The notes under the pieces are model-generated. The model was not told the origin of the DNA and made no database searches. It saw only the letters and a program-made list of their open reading frames with translations. 50,144 nt of DNA from Patescibacteria group bacterium (lineage in GTDB: Bacteria; Patescibacteriota; Minisyncoccia; Phycocordibacterales; VMEP01), in NCBI GenBank assembly GCA_038065675.1, contig JBBTQM010000016.1, positions 1-50,144 of the forward strand, given 5' to 3'. The translations under genes and the position numbers were made by a program. This document shows, piece after piece, positions 9,312 through 16,710 of the stretch (positions within the stretch are counted from its first letter, which is position 1; every line of letters begins with the position of its first letter).

Positions 9312-10166
9312 ATGAAATTTTACAAACCCACAACTCCATCGCGCCGCCACATGTCCACCGTTACCTTCAAGGGGGTGCTTACTTCGTCTGTCCCGCATAA
9401 GGCTTTGACCTACGGCAAAAAGCGCCATGTCGGACGAAACGCGGACGGCAGAATCACCGTTCGCCACAAGGGAGGAGGACACAAACGCGTTCATCGCGAT
9501 GTTGATTTTCTGTACGACAAAAAAAATATTCCGGCGCGCGTGGAAAGCGTTGAATACGACCCGAACCGCTCCGGTTTTATCGGGCTTGTTGTTTATCGCG
9601 ACGGCGAGAGGCGCTATATGCTTCTTCCGAAAACTGTTCGCCCGGGAGCGAATATCATGGTTTCCGAAACAGCCGACATAACGCCGGGCAACCGCCTCCC
9701 TCTTTTGAAAATTCCTGTCGGCACTTTTGTTTACAATGTTGAAATCAAGCCGCGAGGCGGAGCGAAGCTTGTCAGAAGCGCCGGTGTTTTTGCCGAAGTG
9801 GTCGCGCAAGACGGCGGCTATACCAGTTTGAAGCTTCCTTCTACCGAAGTTCGCAAAGTTCCCGGTTCATCGTGGGCGTCGGTTGGCGAGGTTTCAAATG
9901 ACGAGCATAAGCTTCGTTCAATAGGCAAAGCGGGCCGCTCGCGCTGGCTTGGAATCCGCCCGACTGTCCGCGGCACCGCCATGAATCCGGTTGACCACCC
10001 TCACGGAGGAGGTGAAGGCAGGCAGGGCAGGGGTCTTCGCAGGGCGAAATCTCTATGGGGCAAGCCTACGGGCAAGGGACAAAAAACCAGAACTCCAAAG
10101 AAATACTCAAATATTTTTATTGTTTCCAGGAGAAAAGTTGGGAAGAAAAGAGAAACGAAGCAGTAA
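9312..10166 (+). CDS. rplB: 50S ribosomal protein L2
   Basis: 284 aa. Motifs GGGHKR and MNPVDHPHGGGEGR. Basic C-terminal tail. Confidence 0.97.
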   Translation: MKFYKPTTPSRRHMSTVTFKGVLTSSVPHKALTYGKKRHVGRNADGRITVRHKGGGHKRVHRDVDFLYDKKNIPARVESVEYDPNRSGFIGLVVYRDGERRYMLLPKTVRPGANIMVSETADITPGNRLPLLKIPVGTFVYNVEIKPRGGAKLVRSAGVFAEVVAQDGGYTSLKLPSTEVRKVPGSSWASVGEVSNDEHKLRSIGKAGRSRWLGIRPTVRGTAMNPVDHPHGGGEGRQGRGLRRAKSLWGKPTGKGQKTRTPKKYSNIFIVSRRKVGKKRETKQ

Positions 10167-10180
10167 GTCAGCAAAAAAAG

Positions 10181-10206
10181 AAGGCCGCCCGAGGGGGCGG
10201 CCTTTT
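10181..10206 (+). terminator. Hairpin after rplB (repeated at 10957-10977)
   Basis: AAGGCCGCCC, loop GAGG, GGGCGGCCTT, then TT. Confidence 0.6.
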
Positions 10207-10220
10207 CGATTGAGTTCACA

Positions 10221-10712
10221 TCACAGACAATTTTCATGTCTGGAAATCTGAAACAGAAGATCGATCGGGTTTTTCGTGTCCATGCGAGCCAGAGGATTTT
10301 CGACGATCATCTGGCGTACCAACTTCCCGTCTTTGTCGAACCACTGCTTGACTGGAGCTGGCCCACTACAGCGAATTGTTTTTCCCACGAGTTCGGCTAG
10401 CTCGCGCACAGTGGTGTTATCGCATGGTCCCCTCATCCAACCCTCTGCTTTCGTGGGGATGTTGCCCGGGATAATAAGAAGGGGTAAAAATATTTCCATA
10501 GTCACGTGCGCATGACATCGTTGAGGAATCAAGCTGACCCCTAATCCTGGGAAAGGAGCGGTACTTGCGAGCATACTATTCTTGTCGTGGACGAGGTGGA
10601 CCTCATCGATGGCAATGGAAGCCTCGATCTGTACCACCGATTCCTTGGTTATTTCAGGGGTGCAAGCATACAAGGCGAAAAAAACAACAACCCACACAGG
10701 GTAGCGAAACAT
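10221..10712 (-). CDS. Hypothetical lipoprotein (163 aa), antisense to the r-protein operon
   Basis: N-terminus MFRYPVWVVVFFALYAC (signal plus lipobox-like LYAC). AAGGAG RBS 6-7 nt upstream and its own promoter. No recognisable domain. Confidence 0.65.
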   Translation of the reverse strand: MFRYPVWVVVFFALYACTPEITKESVVQIEASIAIDEVHLVHDKNSMLASTAPFPGLGVSLIPQRCHAHVTMEIFLPLLIIPGNIPTKAEGWMRGPCDNTTVRELAELVGKTIRCSGPAPVKQWFDKDGKLVRQMIVENPLARMDTKNPIDLLFQISRHENCL

Positions 10713-10753
10713 TGGGGGACTCCTTATTTTGTGTAATTAAGAACAGACGATTG

Positions 10754-10783
10754 AATATAACAACTTAAATAAGTATTTGTCAA
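10754..10783 (-). promoter_or_regulatory. Sigma70-like promoter for the minus-strand lipoprotein gene
   Basis: On the minus strand: TTGACA (10783-10778), 17/18-nt spacer, TTATAT/TATATT (10760-10754). Confidence 0.55.
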
Positions 10784-10807
10784 TAGAAAACAATTATCGC
10801 GGATGTA

Positions 10808-10861
10808 TTTATCGTTTCCAGACGTAAGGTAGGAAAGAAAAGGAAAGAAACGAAGCAGTAA
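10808..10861 (+). repeat. Diverged duplicate of the rplB 3' end (last 17 codons plus stop)
   Basis: Encodes FIVSRRKVGKKRKETKQ*. Native rplB 10116-10166 encodes FIVSRRKVGKKRETKQ*. The nucleotide differences are synonymous (att/atc, agg/aga, aga/cgt, aaa/aag, gtt/gta, ggg/gga, aga/agg) plus one extra Lys codon. Confidence 0.85.
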
Positions 10862-10893
10862 AAAATCGGCCTGAATGGTCGATTTTTTACTGC
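10855..10893 (+). terminator. 14-bp hairpin over the stop of the duplicated rplB end
   Basis: GCAGTAAAAAATCG (10855-10868) / CGATTTTTTACTGC (10880-10893), 11-nt loop. Confidence 0.5.
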
Positions 10894-10901
10894 GAAGTCA
10901 A

Positions 10902-10911
10902 CCCCCCCCCC
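10902..10911. repeat. C10 homopolymer tract
   Basis: Ten consecutive C residues in non-coding DNA, about 65 nt upstream of the promoter at 10976. Confidence 0.9.
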
Positions 10912-10975
10912 ACAAAGGACCGCCCTTCGTTCGACAGCAAATAAGAAAAAAGTAGGCCGCCCAAGGGGGCGGTTT

Positions 10976-11004
10976 TTGACTTTCAGAAACCTGCATATTA
11001 GTAT
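10976..11004 (+). promoter_or_regulatory. Sigma70-like promoter for the 124-aa membrane protein gene
   Basis: TTGACT (10976-10981), 17-nt spacer, TAGTAT (10999-11004). It is preceded by hairpin CCGCCC/GGGCGG plus T5 (10957-10977). Confidence 0.6.
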
Positions 11005-11031
11005 GACACCGGGTTATTTTAGGAGGTACCC

Positions 11032-11406
11032 ATGTTCATAGAATATTTGTACTTAAACATTATCCCTGTAGCTTTTCTGATATTTGCGTACAGATTCTCC
11101 TCCGGCCCAATGAAAGAAATGGCCGAGTGGAAAAACGATGAAATGGCCACCTGGACCATCTCATTCTTCACATTTTGGGCGTGGTTCGTCTTTTCCTGCA
11201 CCCTGATAGTTGTCCTGAATCGCTTATTTGAGGCGGAATGGAACTGGGTGTTTGTCGGATTACTGGGTGCTTTAGTGTCGTGGGTATCAACAATGATGAT
11301 GCACATTGATCCTGCCATGTGGCGGTTTGTCAGAGCAGCGACAACTTTCCCCGAACCACCCGGCTATTTTATGGATAATGACGGGGTCTGGAAAAGGTTA
11401 AGGTGA
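11032..11406 (+). CDS. Hypothetical integral membrane protein (124 aa)
   Basis: AGGAGG RBS 6 nt upstream. Three to four hydrophobic helices (IIPVAFLIFAY, WTISFFTFWAWFVFSCTLIVVL, VFVGLLGALVSWVSTMMM). Confidence 0.7.
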   Translation: MFIEYLYLNIIPVAFLIFAYRFSSGPMKEMAEWKNDEMATWTISFFTFWAWFVFSCTLIVVLNRLFEAEWNWVFVGLLGALVSWVSTMMMHIDPAMWRFVRAATTFPEPPGYFMDNDGVWKRLR

Positions 11407-11425
11407 ACACGAGTTGAACTGTGAA

Positions 11426-11447
11426 AAAGCCCGCTTTTGCGGGCTTT
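11426..11447 (+). terminator. Intrinsic terminator
   Basis: AAAGCCCGC, loop TTTT, GCGGGCTTT. Confidence 0.7.
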
Positions 11448-11454
11448 CCCTTAT

Positions 11455-11483
11455 TTGACAAGCTAATTCAGTTTGTATAGTAT
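11455..11483 (+). promoter_or_regulatory. Outward sigma70-like promoter re-driving rpsS and downstream genes
   Basis: TTGACA (11455-11460), 17-nt spacer, TAGTAT (11478-11483). Same architecture as the promoter at 10976. Confidence 0.6.
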
Positions 11484-11585
11484 GATACCCAAGCTCGCTG
11501 GAGCTATTTTATTTTAATGACCGGAGAGTGGCGCCCACTCTAGGGTTGCAAGCCTCTCCCTCGTTAAAATCCAGCAACAAGCAAT

Positions 11586-11951
11586 ATGCGATCACTAAAA
11601 AAAGGACCATATGTTGAGGAGCGCCTGCTCAAAAAAATAGAAGGTAAAAAGCCGGGCGCTTTGGGCGTGATTAAAACATGGGCTCGCCGCTCCGACATAT
11701 CGCCTGAAATGGTCGGTTTTACCTTCGGAGTTCACAACGGCAAGAACCATATTGACGTTTTGGTGACTGAGGACATGGTTGGGCACAAGCTTGGTGAATT
11801 TTCGCCAACACGCAAATTCGTGAAGCACGGAGGCAAGATGCAGAAAGAAATTGAAGACCAGAAAAAACAGGCCGAAATCGCCTCCGCCCAAGCCGCCAAA
11901 GCCGCGACAACCGAGGGCGCCAACAAAGCTCCGGCAGCCCCTAAGAAATAA
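11586..11951 (+). CDS. rpsS: 30S ribosomal protein S19 with Ala/Lys/Gln-rich C-terminal extension
   Basis: [10 protein letters not shown]...[13 protein letters not shown] core, plus about 30 extra residues ([36 protein letters not shown]). Confidence 0.95.
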   Translation: MRSLKKGPYVEERLLKKIEGKKPGALGVIKTWARRSDISPEMVGFTFGVHNGKNHIDVLVTEDMVGHKLGEFSPTRKFVKHGGKMQKEIEDQKKQAEIASAQAAKAATTEGANKAPAAPKK

Positions 11952-11963
11952 TTATGAATCCTG

Positions 11964-12070
11964 TTAGAAGCCACGGTCACGAGTGGTATAAAAATAAAAA
12001 AATGACACAAGGTCGAATAAAATTTGAAGATAATATAATTGCGGCGCGGGTGACCGTGACCTGCTTCTAA
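11964..12070 (+). other. Long-range hairpin filling the rpsS-rplV spacer
   Basis: TTAGAAGCCACGGTCAC (11964-11980) pairs with GTGACCGTG(acct)GCTTCTAA (12050-12070). That is 17 bp with a 4-nt bulge, enclosing about 70 AT-rich nt. Confidence 0.6.
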
Positions 12071-12074
12071 TAGG

Positions 12075-12413
12075 ATGAAAGCCCTTCTTAAAAATTACCG
12101 CCAGTCTCCGCGCAAAGTCCGCCTTGTGGCAGACCTTGTTAAGGGGAAGTCAGTCGACGATGCTCTCTCGGCTCTCCGCTTTCTCGTAAAGCGCGCCGGA
12201 ACGCCGCTTGAAAAGCTTATCCGCTCCGGAGCCGCCAATGCCGAGAAAAACTCCGGAATGGACCGCAAAAATTTAATAATTAAAAGCCTGCGCGTTGATA
12301 CCGGCGTGACGCTTAAGCGTTCCATGCCCCGCGCCCGCGGTTCGGCGTTCCCGATTAAAAAGCGTTCAAGCAACGTTATGCTAGAACTTTCCGAACGTAA
12401 ACCTATTTCCTAA
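12075..12413 (+). CDS. rplV: 50S ribosomal protein L22
   Basis: 112 aa. YRQSPRKVRLVADLVKGK... and operon position. Confidence 0.95.
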   Translation: MKALLKNYRQSPRKVRLVADLVKGKSVDDALSALRFLVKRAGTPLEKLIRSGAANAEKNSGMDRKNLIIKSLRVDTGVTLKRSMPRARGSAFPIKKRSSNVMLELSERKPIS

Positions 12414-12436
12414 TTCCTACCAACCAACAACTGATT

Positions 12437-13111
12437 ATGAGCCACATTGTCCATCCATTTTCACACCGTTTAGGAATATTGCGCGATTGGAAGTCGCGCT
12501 GGTTTGGAACGCGCGGAAAATTTCAGGAATTTTTGCGCGGCGACGTCGTCATCCGCCAGTTTTTGGAGAAGCGCCTGCGCGGATATTACGTTTCTCTCGT
12601 TGATATTGAGCGCAATGAAAAGAAATTGCGCATACTTCTCAAAACTTCCCGCCCGGGAATGATTATCGGGCGTTCCGGCGAGGGACAACTCAAGCTCCGA
12701 CAGGATTTGCTTAAGGAAATGAAGCGCAGAAACATTCGCGTGCCGGAAGAATTTAAAATAGATATTCAGGAGGTTCACTCGCCGGAAGCCGACGCGGCAA
12801 TCGTAGCTTACATGGTCGCCGAAGGGCTGGAAAAACGTTTGCCTTTCCGCCGCGTTTTGAAACAGGCGATAGAAAAAGTTATGGCAAACCGCGAAGTTAA
12901 AGGCGCCAAAATCGCCCTCTCCGGACGTTTGGGCGGAGCCGACATGGCGCGGCGCGAAGAATTGAAGAAAGGAGGAATTCCTCTTCAAACTTTCCGCGCC
13001 GACATTGATTTTGCCCGCGAGAAAGCACATCTTCCGTACGGCGACTTGGGAATCAAGGTCTGGATTTACAAAGGAGAGATTTTTGCGGATAAGAAAACAG
13101 TGAATAAATAA
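12437..13111 (+). CDS. rpsC: 30S ribosomal protein S3
   Basis: 224 aa. KH-domain N-terminus and the GRLGGADMARRE motif. Confidence 0.96.
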   Translation: MSHIVHPFSHRLGILRDWKSRWFGTRGKFQEFLRGDVVIRQFLEKRLRGYYVSLVDIERNEKKLRILLKTSRPGMIIGRSGEGQLKLRQDLLKEMKRRNIRVPEEFKIDIQEVHSPEADAAIVAYMVAEGLEKRLPFRRVLKQAIEKVMANREVKGAKIALSGRLGGADMARREELKKGGIPLQTFRADIDFAREKAHLPYGDLGIKVWIYKGEIFADKKTVNK

Positions 13112-13116
13112 AATCC

Positions 13117-13539
13117 ATGCTTTTCCCTAAAAAGGTAAAATTCAGAAAGTGGCACAAATCGAGGAAAAACCTTTCCACGTCCAAGGAGACGCGCGGCATT
13201 GAAGTTTCATTCGGTTCGTTCGGATTGAAATCAATTGCCGTCGGGCGCATCCGTTCCAATCAGATAGAGTCCGCCCGCCGAACCATGGCTCGCCATGTCG
13301 GCAAATTCGGGAAAATCTGGGTGCGCGTTTTTCCGGACCGTCCGTTCACTCAGAAAGCCGCGGAAGTGCCCATGGGCAAAGGGAAAGGCGAGCCGGCTGG
13401 ATACGAAGTTGAAGTAAAACCCGGTCGCGTTATTTTTGAAGTTGACGGCGTTGAGCCGGTTGTCGCGCGAGAGGCCTTGAGAAAAGCCGGAACTAAACTT
13501 CCCGTTAAGACAAAAATCGTGAGCCGCGAGCTTATTTAG
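13117..13539 (+). CDS. rplP: 50S ribosomal protein L16
   Basis: 140 aa. MLFPKKVKFRKWHK start and PMGKGKGEP motif. Confidence 0.96.
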   Translation: MLFPKKVKFRKWHKSRKNLSTSKETRGIEVSFGSFGLKSIAVGRIRSNQIESARRTMARHVGKFGKIWVRVFPDRPFTQKAAEVPMGKGKGEPAGYEVEVKPGRVIFEVDGVEPVVAREALRKAGTKLPVKTKIVSRELI

Positions 13540-13697
13540 AAAATTAAGGAGTATATTTGCGACTATAATTTTCAAACCCCTCACTTGCGCCCGAATATGA
13601 ATTATGAGATACATAACTGGTTCGTAGGCGATTATCTGGAGCAAGTGAGGGGTGATGATTTTCAAAAACTCGCTTTGCTCGCTTAAGAAAATCAATC
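13540..13697. repeat. Compound-hairpin intergenic repeat, copy 2
   Basis: Arms ACCCCTCACTTGC (13576-13588) / GCAAGTGAGGGGT (13641-13653) enclose 52 nt. The flanks TAGAAAATTAAGGAG...GCGACTATAATTT and CTCGCTTTGCTCGCTTAAGAAAAT are shared with copy 3. Confidence 0.75.
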
Positions 13698-13880
13698 ATG
13701 TCCGAATTTAAATCAAAGAAAATGGAAGATTTAGGAAAGATTCTCGCTGAAAAAAGGGAGGCGCTTAGGATGTTCCGTTTCGGACTTTCCGGAAGCAAGG
13801 TTAAGAATCTCAAAGAAGGGAAAGGCTTGAAAAAAGACATCGCCAGAATTTTAACGGAGATTTCCGCGCGCAAAGAATAA
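13698..13880 (+). CDS. rpmC: 50S ribosomal protein L29
   Basis: 60 aa, helical. Position between rplP and rpsQ. Confidence 0.9.
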   Translation: MSEFKSKKMEDLGKILAEKREALRMFRFGLSGSKVKNLKEGKGLKKDIARILTEISARKE

Positions 13881-13882
13881 AT

Positions 13883-14140
13883 ATGACAACCAATAAAAAA
13901 AAAGAGAATAAAGGAAAGCGCCTCAAGGGAACGGTAGTTTCAAACGCGATGGAAAAGACGGTGGTTGTTCTCGTTTCCCGATTCGTCAAACATCCGAAGT
14001 ACGGCAAATACATAGAACACAGAAAGCGCTATAAGGCGCACGTTGAGGGAGAAAAGCCGTCAATCGGCACGGCGGTGGTTATTGAAGAAACCCGTCCGAT
14101 TTCGCGCGACAAGCATTTCAGGCTGGTTACGGGAAAATAA
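13883..14140 (+). CDS. rpsQ: 30S ribosomal protein S17
   Basis: 85 aa. GTVVSNAMEKTVVVLVSRFVKHPKYGK motif. Confidence 0.95.
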   Translation: MTTNKKKENKGKRLKGTVVSNAMEKTVVVLVSRFVKHPKYGKYIEHRKRYKAHVEGEKPSIGTAVVIEETRPISRDKHFRLVTGK

Positions 14141-14159
14141 ACCGCGAAAATTTAAAATC

Positions 14160-14528
14160 ATGGTACAAGCAGGAACAAACGTAATAATCACAGATAACTC
14201 CGGCGCCAAAGAAGGCCGGGTGTTTAAGATTTTGGGCGGGTCAAAGCGCCGCTACGCGGAAATCGGAGATTTGGTGGTGCTTTCCGTAAAACTCGCCGAA
14301 CCGCGCAAGGTCGTCAAGAAAAAAGAGGTGGTTAAAGGCGTTATCGTAAGACAGCGCAAGCCGTTCCGCCGCAAAGACGGTTCATATATTTCATTTGACG
14401 ATATCGCCGTCGTTTTGGTTGACGAGAAAGGAGAACCGCGCGCGGGGCGCGTTTTTGGTCCCATTCCGCGCGAGATAGGCGAGCGCGGATACCAGAAAAT
14501 AATTTCCCTCGCGCCAGAGGTGCTTTAA
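14160..14528 (+). CDS. rplN: 50S ribosomal protein L14
   Basis: The ORF-track start at 14043 overlaps rpsQ. The conserved N-terminus MVQAGTNVIITDNSGAK begins at the ATG at 14160. Confidence 0.95.
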   Translation: MVQAGTNVIITDNSGAKEGRVFKILGGSKRRYAEIGDLVVLSVKLAEPRKVVKKKEVVKGVIVRQRKPFRRKDGSYISFDDIAVVLVDEKGEPRAGRVFGPIPREIGERGYQKIISLAPEVL

Positions 14529-14533
14529 AAAAC

Positions 14534-14839
14534 ATGCGCATAAAAAAAGGAGATAATGTAATAATATTGAGCGGCAAAGACAAAGGCAAAAAAGGAACGA
14601 TTGCCCGCGTTTTGACCGGCACTAACCGCGTAATCATAGAAGGCGCCAATGTTGTGAAGCGCCATCAGAAGCCGCGCAAAAGCGGACAGAAGGGCTCGAT
14701 AGTGGACGTCGCCCTACCCATTCACGTCTCAAACGTCGCGCTCCTTGACCCGAAAAGCGGAAAAGGAACTCGCTTTGGTACTACGCAAAAAGGAGGTAAG
14801 ATGGTCAGAATTTCAAAGAAAAGCGGAGCGGAAATTTAG
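14534..14839 (+). CDS. rplX: 50S ribosomal protein L24
   Basis: 101 aa. KOW motif IKKGDNVIILSGKDKGKKG. Confidence 0.95.
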   Translation: MRIKKGDNVIILSGKDKGKKGTIARVLTGTNRVIIEGANVVKRHQKPRKSGQKGSIVDVALPIHVSNVALLDPKSGKGTRFGTTQKGGKMVRISKKSGAEI

Positions 14840-15071
14840 AAAATTAACGAGCGAATAATATGAGCGACTATAATTTACTTAACCCCCCACCAAATTTACT
14901 AAAAAATATGAAACTGAAATTAAAAATAGGATTAAGCGAATATACCAAAGGCGCCACTGGCCCGGATAGGGCCGGGCTATTCGCCCGCGTGGCGCCGAGT
15001 ATTATTACTGGTAAATTTGGTGGGGGGTCATTATTTTCTAAAATCTCGCTTGCGCTCGCTTAAGAAAATAT
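14840..15071. repeat. Compound-hairpin intergenic repeat, copy 3
   Basis: Arms ACCCCCCACCAAATTTAC (14882-14899) / GTAAATTTGGTGGGGGGT (15010-15027) enclose 110 nt with an inner hairpin GGCGCCAC...GTGGCGCC. The outer flanks are homologous to copy 2. Confidence 0.75.
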
Positions 15072-15617
15072 ATGAAAACAAAATCGGTACAAGAAAAAAA
15101 TAAGGAAGCCCTCGTCCATTTGAAAGGCAAGTTTCACTATAAAAACGTGATGCAGGCGCCGCGTTTGGTTAAGGTTGCCGTTTCCTCAGGCACCGGCTCT
15201 CAAATAAAGAAAGACAAAAAGAGAAACGAATTCATCGCGGAGCGATTGTCCAAAATCACCGGCCAAAAAGCTTCTCCTCGCGGAGCCAAAAAAGCCATCG
15301 CAACATTTAAGACGCGCCAGAACGATGTTATCGGAGCCACGGTTACTCTACGCGGCAAACGCATGTTTCTTTTCTTGGATAAGTTTTTGAATGTAGCTCT
15401 TCCGCGCACGAAAGACTTCAAGGGAATCGCCCGCACTGCTGTTGATGAAATGGGTAATTTGACTATAGGAATAAAAGAGCACACGATTTTCCCGGAAACC
15501 GCCGATGAAGATTTGAAGGATGTTTTCGGTTTGGCTATCACTATCGTTACGACAGCGAAAGGCAAAGATGAAGCCACGGCGTTTCTGGAATATATAGGGG
15601 TTCCGTTTAAGAAATAA
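15072..15617 (+). CDS. rplE: 50S ribosomal protein L5
   Basis: 181 aa, L5 core, operon position. Confidence 0.95.
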   Translation: MKTKSVQEKNKEALVHLKGKFHYKNVMQAPRLVKVAVSSGTGSQIKKDKKRNEFIAERLSKITGQKASPRGAKKAIATFKTRQNDVIGATVTLRGKRMFLFLDKFLNVALPRTKDFKGIARTAVDEMGNLTIGIKEHTIFPETADEDLKDVFGLAITIVTTAKGKDEATAFLEYIGVPFKK

Positions 15618-15680
15618 AGCCAAAGCGAGGGGTTTTTCGAGGTTTGACACTATTTTTTGTAGTGGTAGTCTTTTACATAC

Positions 15681-16706
15681 ATGGATAAAAAAACTCTTAT
15701 ACAGCAGATAGAAAAATTAAGGGGTTCTCGTGTTATTACTTATGTAACTAGTGACCGGCCTGGGCCTATAAACGCCCGTGTCGCTATGGATATTATTCCG
15801 CTTGTAAGCGCGCAGCTTCGCAAAATAGGAAAGGTGCCGAAAATAGATTTGTTTCTATATAGCGCAGGGGGAGATACCATGGTTCCGTGGCGGCTTGTAT
15901 CTATGATTAGAGAATATTGTAATACGTTCTCCGTACTTATTCCTTACAAAGCCCACAGTTCGGCAACTATGATTGCTCTCGGTGCCGATGAAGTCGTAAT
16001 GAGTGATTTGTCAGAAATTTCACCAATTGACCCCTCCACTGCTAATATTTTTAATCCATCCGACCAAACCAATCCACAAAATAAAATACCAATTTCTGTT
16101 GAAGATGTTATAGCATATTTTGACTTGGCAAAAAATAAATTTGGTATAAAAAATGACGAAGACTTGACCAAGATATTCAATAAATTTGTGGAGTCAAACC
16201 CCCAAATTCACCCTCTCGCTCTCGGTAATGTGAATCGTACACATAATCTTATTCGCCTTTTGGCGAAACGGCTTTTGAAGAGCCATCAAAAGCCAATACA
16301 CGATGACGAAATAAAGAAAATCGTGGAATATTTTACTGAAACACTATACTCGCACCAGTATTTTGTCGGCAGAAAAGAAGCAAAAGAGGATCTTGGTCTA
16401 AAATTTGTGATTGATGCTGACAAGAATCTCTCAGATCTTATGACAGACCTTTATGAAAAGTATGCCGAAGAGATAGGATTAGGTAAGCAGTGGAATCCAG
16501 AAGGCGAAATTGGAATGAATAATGCTTCGGTGCAGAAAGAATACAGAATTGCTTATGTAGGAAGTTCAGACGTTGAAAATTACTACAGTATCTCAATGGA
16601 GTTTCGCAGACAGCAGGTTAATATGGTTCAACAAACTTCTCAGGGTCCAATCCAAATTCCACAAGAGCAGGTTGGTTTTAGAATAATTGAGCAGGGGTGG
16701 AAGTAA
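15681..16706 (+). CDS. ClpP-fold serine protease of the SDH ('serine dehydrogenase proteinase', S49-like) type with an unassigned helical C-terminal half
   Basis: The N-terminal third (ITYVTSDR, DLFLYSAGGDTMVPWRLVSMIREY, IPYKAHSSATMIALGADEVVM, ISPIDPS) matches my recollection of the SDH/ClpP-class peptidase signature. The remaining 200 aa or so are unassigned. Visibly AT-richer than its neighbours. Confidence 0.7.
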   Translation: MDKKTLIQQIEKLRGSRVITYVTSDRPGPINARVAMDIIPLVSAQLRKIGKVPKIDLFLYSAGGDTMVPWRLVSMIREYCNTFSVLIPYKAHSSATMIALGADEVVMSDLSEISPIDPSTANIFNPSDQTNPQNKIPISVEDVIAYFDLAKNKFGIKNDEDLTKIFNKFVESNPQIHPLALGNVNRTHNLIRLLAKRLLKSHQKPIHDDEIKKIVEYFTETLYSHQYFVGRKEAKEDLGLKFVIDADKNLSDLMTDLYEKYAEEIGLGKQWNPEGEIGMNNASVQKEYRIAYVGSSDVENYYSISMEFRRQQVNMVQQTSQGPIQIPQEQVGFRIIEQGWK

Positions 16707-16710
16707 AATT

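Noticed and set aside
8156-12424. Exact 16-nt inverted match GTTGGTAGGAATTAGG (8156-8171, rplC-rplD spacer) versus CCTAATTCCTACCAAC (12409-12424, rplV-rpsC spacer), considered as a possible long-range mRNA pairing.
   Set aside because: A rough expectation for an exact 16-mer inverted match somewhere in 50 kb is of order 0.1-1. Both spacers also belong to the same low-complexity motif family, so chance or shared ancestry is enough to explain it. It is mentioned only as part of the spacer-family finding.
14860-15063. 67-aa ORF between rplX and rplE.
   Set aside because: It lies wholly within compound-hairpin repeat copy 3. Its sequence is dictated by the inverted arms (NPPPNLL... / ...KFGGGS), and it has no RBS.
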